In this document: piece by piece, positions 52,381 through 64,000 of the stretch | Layout of the letters: each line of letters starts with the position of its first letter | How positions within the stretch are numbered: position 1 is the stretch's first letter | Source of the DNA: Eledone cirrhosa | Lineage: Eukaryota | Direction: 5' to 3' | Assembly: GCA_964016885.1 (NCBI GenBank) | Contig: OZ024746.1 | Location: 92,318,001 to 92,382,000 of the forward strand | DNA length: 64,000 nucleotides | Made by a program: the position numbers and the translations under genes | Notes under the pieces: generated by a model | Told to the model about the DNA's origin: nothing | The model's database searches: none | Seen by the model: only the letters and a program-made list of their open reading frames with translations

Positions 52381-55300
52381 CTATTGGTGGACTCCATCTT
52401 AACTTCTACCACCTCTTATGACTTTCTATTGGTGGACTCCATCTTAACTTCTACCACCTTTTATGACTTTCTATTGGTGGACTCCATCTTAACTTCTACC
52501 ACCTCTTATGACTTTATATTGGTGGACTCCATCTTAACTTCTACCACCTTTTATGACTTTCTATTGGTGGACTCCATCTTAACTTCTACCACCTCTTATG
52601 ACTTTCTATTGGTGGACTCCATCTTAACTTCTACCACCTTTTATGACTTTCTATTGGTGGACTCCATCTTAACTCCTACCACCTTTTATGACTTTCTATT
52701 GGTGGACTCCATCTTAACTCCTACCACCTCTTATGACTTTCTATTGGTGGACTCCATCTTAACTTCTACCACCTCTTATGACTTTCTATTGGTGGACTCC
52801 ATCTTAACTTCTACCACCTCTTATGACTTTCTATTGGTGGACTCCATCTTAACTTCTACCACCTTTTATGACTTTCTATTGGTGGACTCCATCTTAACTC
52901 CTACCACCTCTTATGACTTTCTATTGGTGGACTCCATCTTAACTCCTACCACCTTTTATGACTTTCTATTGGTGGACTCCATCTTAACTTCTACCACCTC
53001 TTATGACTTTCTATTGGTGGACTCCATCTTAACTCCTACCACCTCTTATGACTTTCTATTGGTGGACTCCATCTTAACTTCTACCACCTTTTATGACTTT
53101 CTATTAGTGGACTCCATCTTAACTTCTACCACCTTTTATGACTTTCTATTGGTGGACTCCATCTTAACTCCTACCACCTCTTATGACTTTCTATTGGTGG
53201 ACTCCATCTTAACTTCTACCACCTTTTATGACTTTCTATTGGTGGACTCCATCTTAACTCCTACCACCTTTTATGACTTTCTATTGGTAGACTCCATCTT
53301 AACTCCTACCACCTCTTATGACTTTCTATTGGTGGACTCCATCTTAACTTCTACCACCTCTTATGACTTTCTATTGGTGGACTCCATCTTAACTCCTACC
53401 ACCTTTTATGACTTTCTATTGGTGGACTCCATTTTAACTCCTACCACCTCTTATGACTTTCTATTGGTGCACTCCATCTTAACTCCTACCACCTCTTATG
53501 ACTTTCTATTAGTGGACTCCATCTTAACTCCTACCACCTCTTATGACTTTCTATTGGTGGACTCCATCTTAACTTCTACCACCTTTTATAACTTTCTATT
53601 GGTGGACTCCATCTTAACTTCTACCACCTCTTATGACTTTCTATTAGTGGACTCCATCTTAACTCCTACCACCTCTTATGACTTTCTATTAGTGGACTCC
53701 ATCTTAACTCCTACCACCTCTTATGACTTTATATTGGTGGACTCCATCTTAACTCCTACCACCTCTTATGACTTTCTATTGGTGGACTCCATCTTAACTT
53801 CTACCACATCTTATGACTTTCTATTGGTGGACTCCATCTTAACTTCTACCACCTTTTATAACTTTCTATTGGTGGACTCCATCTTAACTCCTACCACCTC
53901 TTATGACTTTCTATTGGTGGACTCCATCTTAACTCCTACCACCTTTTATGACTTTCTATTGGTGGACTCCATTTTAACTCCTACCACCTCTTATGACTTT
54001 CTATTGGTGGACTCCATTTTAACTCCTACCACCTCTTATGACTTTCTATTAGTGAACTCCATCTTAACTCCTACCACCTCTTATGACTTTCTATTGGTGG
54101 ACTCCATCTTAACTTCTACCACCTTTTATAACTTTCTATTGGTGGACTCCATCTTAACTTCTACCACCTCTTATGACTTTCTATTAGTGGACTCCATCTT
54201 AACTCCTACCACCTCTTATGACTTTCTATTAGTGGACTCCATCTTAACTCCTACCACCTCTTATGACTTTATATTGGTGGACTCCATCTTAACTCCTACC
54301 ACCTCTTATGACTTTCTATTGGTGGACTCCATCTTAACTTCTACCACATCTTATGACTTTCTATTGGTGGACTCCATCTTAACTTCTACCACCTTTTATA
54401 ACTTTCTATTGGTGGACTCCATCTTAACTCCTACCACCTCTTATGACTTTCTATTGGTGGACTCCATCTTAACTCCTACCACCTTTTATGACTTTCTATT
54501 GGTGGACTCCATTTTAACTCCTACCACCTCTTATGACTTTCTATTGGTGCACTCCATCTTAACTCCTACCACCTCTTATGACTTTCTATTAGTGGACTCC
54601 ATCTTAACTCCTACCACCTCTTATGACTTTCTATTGGTGGACTCCATCTTAACTTCTACCACCTTTTATAACTTTCTATTGGTGGACTCCATCTTAACTT
54701 CTACCACCTCTTATAACTTTCTATTAGTGGACTCCATCTTAACTCCTACCACCTCTTATGACTTTCTATTAGTGGACTCCATCTTAACTCCTACCACCTC
54801 TTATGACTTTATATTGGTGGACTCCATCTTAACTCCTACCACCTCTTATGACTTTCTATTGGTGGACTCCATCTTAACTTCTACCACATCTTATGACTTT
54901 CTATTGGTGGACTCCATCTTAACTTCTACCACCTTTTATAACTTTCTATTGGTGGACTCCATCTTAACTCCTACCACCTCTTATGACTTTCTATTGGTGG
55001 ACTCCATCTTAACTCCTACCACCTTTTATGACTTTCTATTGGTGGACTCCATTTTAACTCCTACCACCTCTTATGACTTTCTATTGGTGGACTCCATTTT
55101 AACTCCTACCACCTCTTATGACTTTCTATTAGTGGACTCCATCTTAACTCCTACCACCTCTTATGACTTTCTATTGGTGGACTCCATCTTAACTTCTACC
55201 ACCTTTTATAACTTTCTATTGGTGGACTCCATCTTAACTTCTACCACCTCTTATGACTTTCTATTAGTGGACTCCATCTTAACTCCTACCACCTCTTATG

Positions 55301-58300
55301 ACTTTCTATTAGTGGACTCCATCTTAACTCCTACCACCTCTTATGACTTTATATTGGTGGACTCCATCTTAACTCCTACCACCTCTTATGACTTTCTATT
55401 GGTGGACTCCATCTTAACTTCTACCACATCTTATGACTTTCTATTGGTGGACTCCATCTTAACTTCTACCACCTTTTATAACTTTCTATTGGTGGACTCC
55501 ATCTTAACTCCTACCACCTCTTATGACTTTCTATTGGTGGACTCCATCTTAACTCCTACTACCTCTTATGACTTTCTATTGGTGGACTCCATCTTAACTC
55601 CTACCACCTCTTATGACTTTCTATTGGTGGACTCCATCTTAACTTCTACCACCTTTTATGACTTTCTATTGGTGGACTCCATCTTAACTTCTACCACCTC
55701 TTATGACTTTCTATTGGTGGACTCCATCTTAACTTCTACCACCTCTTATGACTTTCTATTGGTGGACTCCATCTTAACTTCTACCACCTTTTATGACTTT
55801 CTATTAGTGGACTCCATCTTAACTTCTACCACCTCTTATGACTTTCTATTGGTGGAATCCATCTTAACTTCTACCACCTTTTATGACTTTCTATTGGTGG
55901 ACTCCATCTTAACTTCTACCACCTCTTATGACTTTCTATTGGTGGACTCCATCTTAACTTCTACCACCTTTTATGACTTTCTATTGGTGGACTCCATCTT
56001 AACTTCTACCACCTTTTATGACTTTCTATTGGTGGACTCCATCTTAACTTCTACCACCTTTTATGACTTTCTATTAGTGGACTCCATCTTAACTTCTACC
56101 ACCTCTTATGACTTTCTATTGGTGGACTCCATCTTAACTTCTACCACCTTTTATGACTTTCTATTGGTGGACTCCATCTTAACTCCTACCACCTCTTATG
56201 ACTTTCTATTGGTGGACTCCATCTTAACTTCTACCACCTTTTATGACTTTCTATTGGTGGACTCCATCTTAACTTCTACCACCTTTTATGACTTTCTATT
56301 AGTGGACTCCATCTTAACTTCTACCACCTCTTATGACTTTCTATTGGTGGACTCCATCTTAACTTCTACCACCTTTTATGACTTTCTATTAGTGGAATCC
56401 ATCTTAACTTCTACCACATCTTATGACTTTCTATTGGTGGACTCCATCTTAACTTCTACCACCTCTTATGACTTTCTATTGGTGGACTCCATCTTAACTT
56501 CTACCACCTCTTATGACTTTCTATTGGTGGACTCCATCTTAACTCCTACCACCTTTTATGACTTTCTATTGGTGGACTCCATTTTAACTCCTACCACCTC
56601 TTATGACTTTCTATTGGTGCACTCCATCTTAACTCCTACCACCTCTTATGACTTTCTATTAGTGGACTCCATCTTAACTCCTACCACCTCTTATGACTTT
56701 CTATTGGTGGACTCCATCTTAACTTCTACCACCTTTTATAACTTTCTATTGGTGGACTCCATCTTAACTTCTACCACCTCTTATAACTTTCTATTAGTGG
56801 ACTCCATCTTAACTCCTACCACCTCTTATGACTTTCTATTAGTGGACTCCATCTTAACTCCTACCACCTCTTATGACTTTATATTGGTGGACTCCATCTT
56901 AACTCCTACCACCTCTTATGACTTTCTATTGGTGGACTCCATCTTAACTTCTACCACATCTTATGACTTTCTATTGGTGGACTCCATCTTAACTTCTACC
57001 ACCTTTTATAACTTTCTATTGGTGGACTCCATCTTAACTCCTACCACCTCTTATGACTTTCTATTGGTGGACTCCATCTTAACTCCTACCACCTTTTATG
57101 ACTTTCTATTGGTGGACTCCATTTTAACTCCTACCACCTCTTATGACTTTCTATTGGTGGACTCCATTTTAACTCCTACCACCTCTTATGACTTTCTATT
57201 AGTGGACTCCATCTTAACTCCTACCACCTCTTATGACTTTCTATTGGTGGACTCCATCTTAACTTCTACCACCTTTTATAACTTTCTATTGGTGGACTCC
57301 ATCTTAACTTCTACCACCTCTTATGACTTTCTATTAGTGGACTCCATCTTAACTCCTACCACCTCTTATGACTTTCTATTAGTGGACTCCATCTTAACTC
57401 CTACCACCTCTTATGACTTTATATTGGTGGACTCCATCTTAACTCCTACCACCTCTTATGACTTTCTATTGGTGGACTCCATCTTAACTTCTACCACATC
57501 TTATGACTTTCTATTGGTGGACTCCATCTTAACTTCTACCACCTTTTATAACTTTCTATTGGTGGACTCCATCTTAACTCCTACCACCTCTTATGACTTT
57601 CTATTGGTGGACTCCATCTTAACTCCTACTACCTCTTATGACTTTCTATTGGTGGACTCCATCTTAACTCCTACCACCTCTTATGACTTTCTATTGGTGG
57701 ACTCCATCTTAACTTCTACCACCTTTTATGACTTTCTATTGGTGGACTCCATCTTAACTTCTACCACCTCTTATGACTTTCTATTGGTGGACTCCATCTT
57801 AACTTCTACCACCTCTTATGACTTTCTATTGGTGGACTCCATCTTAACTTCTACCACCTTTTATGACTTTCTATTAGTGGACTCCATCTTAACTTCTACC
57901 ACCTCTTATGACTTTCTATTGGTGGAATCCATCTTAACTTCTACCACCTTTTATGACTTTCTATTGGTGGACTCCATCTTAACTTCTACCACCTCTTATG
58001 ACTTTCTATTGGTGGACTCCATCTTAACTTCTACCACCTTTTATGACTTTCTATTGGTGGACTCCATCTTAACTTCTACCACCTTTTATGACTTTCTATT
58101 GGTGGACTCCATCTTAACTTCTACCACCTTTTATGACTTTCTATTAGTGGACTCCATCTTAACTTCTACCACCTCTTATGACTTTCTATTGGTGGACTCC
58201 ATCTTAACTTCTACCACCTCTTATGACTTTCTATTGGTGGACTCCATCTTAACTTCTACCACCTTTTATGACTTTCTATTGGTGGACTCCATCTTAACTC

Positions 58301-58950
58301 CTACCACCTCTTATGACTTTCTATTGGTGGACTCCATCTTAACTTCTACCACCTTTTATGACTTTCTATTGGTGGACTCCATCTTAACTTCTACCACCTT
58401 TTATGACTTTCTATTAGTGGACTCCATCTTAACTTCTACCACCTCTTATGACTTTCTATTGGTGGACTCCATCTTAACTTCTACCACCTCTTATGACTTT
58501 CTATTGGCGGACTCCATCTTAACTTCTACCACCTTTTATGACTTTCTATTAGTGGAATCCATCTTAACTTCTACCACATCTTATGACTTTCTATTGGTGG
58601 ACTCCATCTTAACTTCTACCACCTCTTATGACTTTCTATTGGTGGACTCCATCTTAACTTCTACCACCTCTTATGACTTTCTATTGGTGGACTCCATCTT
58701 AACTTCTACCACCTCTTATGACTTTCTATTGGTGGACTCCATCTTAACTTCTACCACCTCTTATGACTTTCTATTGGTGGACTCCATCTTAACTTCTACC
58801 ACCTCTTATGACTTTCTATTGGTGGACTCCATCTTAACTTCTACCACCTCTTATGACTTTCTATTGGTGGACTCCATCTTAACTTCTACCACCTCTTATG
58901 ACTTTCTATTGGTGGACTCCATCTTAACTTCTACCACCTCTTATGACTTT
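52381..58950 (+). repeat. 45-bp minisatellite, 146 copies, with higher-order structure
   Basis: ctattggtggactccatcttaact(t/c)ctaccacct(c/t)ttatgacttt; 6570/45 = 146. Confidence 0.97.
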
Positions 58951-58980
58951 CTTCTTCTGATTGTTATTTCTTTATTTCAG

Positions 58981-59021
58981 AAAACTCATTGATGCTGATG
59001 TATTTTCCAAGTCAGATCCTA
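58981..59021 (+). CDS. CPNE: Copine coding exon 2 (41 nt), (R)KLIDADVFSKSDP
   Basis: Acceptor tatttctttatttcag, donor A|gtaagt; D-x-D-x-x-SKSDP is the Ca2+-binding loop motif of copine C2A. Confidence 0.92.
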
Positions 59022-59347
59022 GTAAGTATAGATTTCCTTATAGACATCATCATCACTGTTGTCATCACCATCATCATCATCACAGTCGTCATCATTGCTG
59101 TTATCATCACTGTCACCATCATCATCACCATCAACACTGTTGTCATCATCATATTAGTACACTATTTTTTTTTGTCTGATTTGATATCCTCATCAGTAGT
59201 AGTAGTAGTGGTTGTAGTAGTAGAAGTAGTAGTAGCGATGGCTGTAGTAATAGTAGTGGTGGTGGTTGTGTAGTAGAAGTAGTGGTTATGGTGGTAGTGG
59301 TTGTAGTAGTAGTGGTTGTATCTCAGAAGTTTTCTTGGGTGTTTTAA

Positions 59348-59567
59348 CCCTTTACCATTTACATTAATCTCTATATATTATTGTATTTTCATGGTAAAGG
59401 CTTTACCTCACATAATTACCTCACATAATATCGAATCTATGAGATTTTGATATTATTTATTTTGAGAACAATACCTTAACATCAGTATGAGCCACTATTT
59501 ACAGCCAGTTTGGACAGAAAGAGGTGAGAGGATTCAGACCAGATCAGCCAGTTTAAATGTTAAAGGG
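59348..59567. mobile_element. piggyBac-type MITE
   Basis: TTAA|ccctttaccattta ... taaatgttaaaggg|TTAA; a similar element at ~62312-62551. Confidence 0.7.
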
Positions 59568-59889
59568 TTAATTATAGGAGCCCCAGTCATATCATGAAAA
59601 GTAATGTGAAATGAAGAGTCTTGCAGAAAAACAGAATGCAGCCTATCCCTCCCCAATTTCACTCATAAGTCAGGGGTTGACTCTATTGTAAATGACACCC
59701 AAGATGTCACAGAGTCAAACCCAGGACCTAATGATTGTGAAGTAAACCTCTTAACCATTCTGTTATGACACTGTTGAGAATTTGAAGGGATTTAGTCATA
59801 TCATTTTCTCATTATAAAGCTGGGGTTTGGAGCATAACTTAATGAAGGTTCTAACATTAAATTTTGATGGAAGATTTTTAGATAAATAT

Positions 59890-60270
59890 AAGTGCCCAGT
59901 CCACACTGTAAAGGTGTTGTGTTGGTGACAGGACAAAAAATGCCCAGTCCACACTGTAAAGGTGTTGTGTTGGTGACAGGACAAAAAGTGCCCAGTCCAC
60001 ACTGTTAAGTGGTTGTGTTGGTGACAGGGAAAAAAGTGCCCAGTCCACACTGTAAAGTGGTCATGTTGGAGACAACAAAAAGCACCCAATTGACCCTGAA
60101 AATGTGGTTGCTGTTAGGAAGGGCATCCAGACAGAAGAAACCAAGCCAGAAACAGTTCTGTGAGAACAAAACATTACCATCTGATCTAACCTGGCTTGTC
60201 TCACAACAGGGCAACTCATCTAACCCATGATAGTGGGGGAAAATGGACATTAAACAGTGATGATGATGAT
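59890..60270 (+). mobile_element. SINE/RTE-tail remnant with internal tandem repeats
   Basis: gcccagtccacactgtaaag repeated four times, gttaggaagggcatccag, (GAT)n. Confidence 0.7.
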
Positions 60271-61176
60271 AAATACTTAAAAATAAAGTTTTGTATGATA
60301 GAACCAGAGGTGGTTTGGTATGAAAGGGGTTAATACTTTGAAATGAATATAATTCTTTGACATAAGGAATAACTTGAGGTTGGTTCACTGTTATTTAACA
60401 ATCTACTGATGATTTTAAGTACTCTCTGGAAATAAAATACATCTTCTCTCATTATTATTATTAAATAATAAATAAATAAATAAATAAATTAAGAAATCAT
60501 TATTATTATTATGGATTGGCAGTATCGGTAGAGGGTCGGACACCATGCTTTGCAGCAAAGAGTTATGGCCCTTTATGGTCTGAGTTCAAATCTCGCCAAG
60601 GTTAACTTTGCCTTTCATCCTTACGGGGTCGATAAAATAAAGTACCAGTAATACACTGGGATAATTGCTGGCCTTGTGTCAAAAGTAGAAAATTTAATTA
60701 TTATTATTATTATTTTTATTATTTTTCCTTTTCCTTCAGTATTGTTTCTGATATATGCCGAGTGTCTTCCTGACACCTAGGGCAATACATTCATTGTATA
60801 CATTGGTAAGCCAGTTAGCACACCACATTGAATATAATTTACAGCTTATCATTCTTACAGAGATAGTGCTCTTCTCAATACGTGTGCAGTACCAGTCAAA
60901 AATTATTATTATTATGGTGGATTGGCAGATCGGTAGAGCGTCGGACAATATGTTTTGCAGCACAGAGTAACGGCCGTTTATGTTCTGAGTACAAATCCCG
61001 CCGAGGTTAGCTTTGCCCTCCATCCTTACGGGGCCGATAATATAAAGTACCAGTAAAGTACTGGAGCCAATTTAATCGACTTTCCCCTCCCCCAAATTAC
61101 TGGCCTTGTGCCTAGACTAGAAATCTTTATTTTCTCTATTTATGAAGTTAGTAATCTATCTGAAGTCTGGAACACT

Positions 61177-61362
61177 TTGGTAGCTGTAGTAGCTGTAGCA
61201 CCATCTATAGTCTTTGGTAGCTGTAGTAGCTGTAGCACCATCTATAGTCTTTGGTAGCTGTAGTAACTGTAGCACCATCTATAGTCTTTGATAGCTGTAG
61301 TAGCTGTAGCACCATCTATAGTCTTTGGTAGCTGTAGTAGCTGTAGCACCATATATAGTCTT
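61177..61362 (+). repeat. 37-bp minisatellite (~5 copies)
   Basis: ttggtagctgtagtagctgtagcaccatctatagtct. Confidence 0.9.
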
Positions 61363-61567
61363 TCTCCAAATGCTCCTGAACCACCCACAACCCACTTCCA
61401 TCTACACCCTTCCCCCATCCCCAGACATCTCCCCCATCCCCACACATCTCACCTCACACACCTCCCATCCCCACACATCTCACCCCAGATCAGATCATAG
61501 ACTGTTATTAAATGGTTGTTCCCAGTTAATATCCAGTAACCAATATTCCAGTGCCATGTAAAATGAG

Positions 61568-61797
61568 GAAATTGCCCCCTAATATAATGTAGCCAGAAAT
61601 TGCCCCCTAATATAATGTAGCCAGAAATTGCCCCCTAATATAATGTAGCCAGAAATTGCCCCCTAATATAATGTAGCCAGAAATTTCCCCCTAATATAAT
61701 GTAGCCAGAAATTGCCCCCTAATATAATGTAGCCAGAAATTGCCCCCTAATATAATGTAGCCAGAAATTGCCCCCTAATATAATGTAGCCAGAAATG
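61568..61797 (+). repeat. 28-bp minisatellite (~8 copies)
   Basis: gaaattgccccctaatataatgtagcca. Confidence 0.9.
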
Positions 61798-63101
61798 TTA
61801 TCTTTGAATTCATTTACAACAACAGCAGCAACATCAACAAAAGGTGATGTATTTAAAGTATTGTATTATCTAATACGAGCAATCACATACAGGCAACGTC
61901 ATTAGCTTAATTCATAGCTATTATTGTTGGAGCAGGCATTCCAGTCATGGCCATCCCCACCTTTTTGTGGGCTATATTATCCAATATTATCCAATATGGC
62001 CTTTCTATATCAAGACAAGCAGAGTTTTGGTTACTATAGCAAGTTGAACAATCATATACAGACATTGTCATTAGCTCAATTGAAAGCTGATAGTTATTAG
62101 TTTATAATCATCATTATCATTGTTATTGTCATCATTATCATTTAAAGAAAGATGTATATATAAAGATATCTAATAATTGTCTTATCTCAGCAACAGTAGC
62201 TTAAGTCAAGAATACAATTATATAGTAAAATCAAAGTGCTTAACATGGCTATTAACCCTGACCAAAACCAGCTCTGGTTCTATGTGTGTAGAAATGTATA
62301 TCTTGGCTTTAACCCTTTAGTTACCAACCTGGCCAAAACCAGCCCTGCTTCTATGAAATAAAGTCACCCATTTTAAAAGTTTTCAATTTAAATTACAATC
62401 TTCCAACATAATTTTATATAAGAATCTTACATATATCTTACATATAAGAATCTTACATCTTAGTAATGGAATAATTAATACTTTTAGTAAATCTCCCTAA
62501 CTTCTTCATTAATTAATTAAAATAAAGTGTATTTCATTAGTGATGAAAGAGTTAAGCCTGGATCAAGTAATATTATTATTATAGAATATCCCCTTCTACC
62601 TGGAACCTGTCTTTAAGCATTATTCACTACTTTAGTACAATTTTGTTTCTACAATAAGTCCAGAAAGCTGGTGTCATGACAAAAAGTATCCATTCCATTC
62701 AGTAGGATGGTAGTGATAGAGCCATGACAAAAACTCCCAGTCTACCTGGTAAAGTGGTAATGCTGAAACCATAATAAAATGCTCTTAGTACATGCTATTA
62801 AGTGGTTGACATTAGGAAGAGCATCCAGCCATAGAAACGCGGAGTGAATGAACAAAAATTGCTCAGTCTAACCTCAGAATGTGACAACTCATCTAACCCA
62901 TGAAAGAATGGAAATTACACCAGTTTATGGTGATGATTGATGTTTACAAGAGGGATTTCTACATCTGTCTCAATCTTACAGACCTGAATTCAATCATAAA
63001 TATTTGTCAAAGGCAATTACACGTACCAAAAGAAGCCAAAGATTAAATGTTAGAGCTAACAGACAAATACAGTCACCTCCATCAATGGAAAGGGTGACAT
63101 G

Positions 63102-64000
63102 CAGAGAATTACATAGAAAACTGTGTCTTCCACAGAGAATTACATAGAAAACTGTGTCTTCCACAGAGAATTACATAGAAAACTGTCTTCCACAGGGAAT
63201 TACATAGAAAACTGTGTCTTCTACAGGGAATTACATAGAAAACTGTGTCTTCCACAGGGAATTACAGAGAAAACTGTGTCTTCCACAGAGAATTACATAG
63301 AAAACTGTGTCTTCCACAGAGAATTACATAGAAAACTGTGTCTTCCACAGAGAATTACATAGAAAACTGTGTCTTCCACAGGGAATTACATAGAAAACTG
63401 TCTTCCACAGAGAATTACATAGAAAACTGTCTTCCACAGAGAATTACATAGAAAACTGTGTCTTCCACAGAGAATTACATAGAAAACTGTGTCTTCTACA
63501 GGGAATTACATAGAAAACTGTCTTCCACAGAGAATTACATAGAAAACTGTGTCTTCCACAGAGAATTACATAGAAAACTGTGTCTTCCACAGAGAATTAC
63601 ATAGAAAACTGTGTCTTCCACAGAGAATTACATAGAAAACTGTGTCTTCTACAGGGAATTACATAGAAAACTGTGTCTTCCACAGAGAATTACATAGAAA
63701 ACTGTGTCTTCCACAGATAATAACATAGAAAACTGTGTCTTCTACAGAGAATTACATAGAAAACTGTGTCTTCCACAGAGAATTACATAGAAAACTGTGT
63801 CTTCTACAGGGAATTACATAGAAAACTGTGTCTTCCACAGAGAATTACATAGAAAACTGTGTCTTCCACAGATAATAACATAGAAAACTGTGTCTTCCAC
63901 AGAGAATTACATAGAAAACTGTGTCTTCCACAGAGAATTACATAGAAAACTGTGTCTTCCACAGAGAATTACATAGAAAACTGTGTCTTCTACAGAGAAT
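63102..64000 (+). repeat. 31-bp minisatellite running off the window end
   Basis: cagagaattacatagaaaactgtgtcttcca. Confidence 0.95.

Noticed and set aside
52384-58992. 2202-aa ORF of LLVDSILTSTTSYDF repeats as a giant repetitive protein
   Set aside because: It starts at TTG with no Met codon, is an automatic result of a stop-free 45-bp (15-codon) unit with few variant types, lies inside the copine intron, and is out of frame with exon 2
58961-59273. His/Cys-rich and Val/Ile-rich ORFs
   Set aside because: Only the 41-nt copine exon is coding; the rest is intronic (CAT)n/(GTA)n low-complexity sequence

Overview
Eukaryotic, AT-rich, repeat-saturated DNA. The SINE/RTE/Penelope repertoire suggests an octopod cephalopod, which is an inference. 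The one recognisable host gene is a + strand copine (CPNE5/8/9-like) that the ORF track does not resolve. Coding exon 1 (6613-6686) splices in phase to a 41-nt exon 2 (58981-59021) across a 52,294-bp intron, giving MATDMFVPGSSMVPATLVELSVSCRKLIDADVFSKSDP. The rest is decayed mobile DNA (Penelope-like elements with hammerhead ribozyme motifs, Tx1/L1, CRE, R4/Dong and RTE LINEs, tRNA-SINEs, a full-length Tigger, a non-autonomous Helitron, MITEs) plus many mini- and microsatellites. Best leads: (1) several minimal hammerhead ribozymes, including an insertion-core variant on the copine sense strand; (2) a 146 x 45-bp array of branch-point-like units abutting the exon-2 acceptor, which also explains the 2202-aa ORF as an artefact; (3) a candidate three-exon antisense microprotein gene nested in the intron; (4) a head-to-tail stack of Tx1-like LINE ends in (CTAT)n. 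All calls were made by eye, with no database searches.
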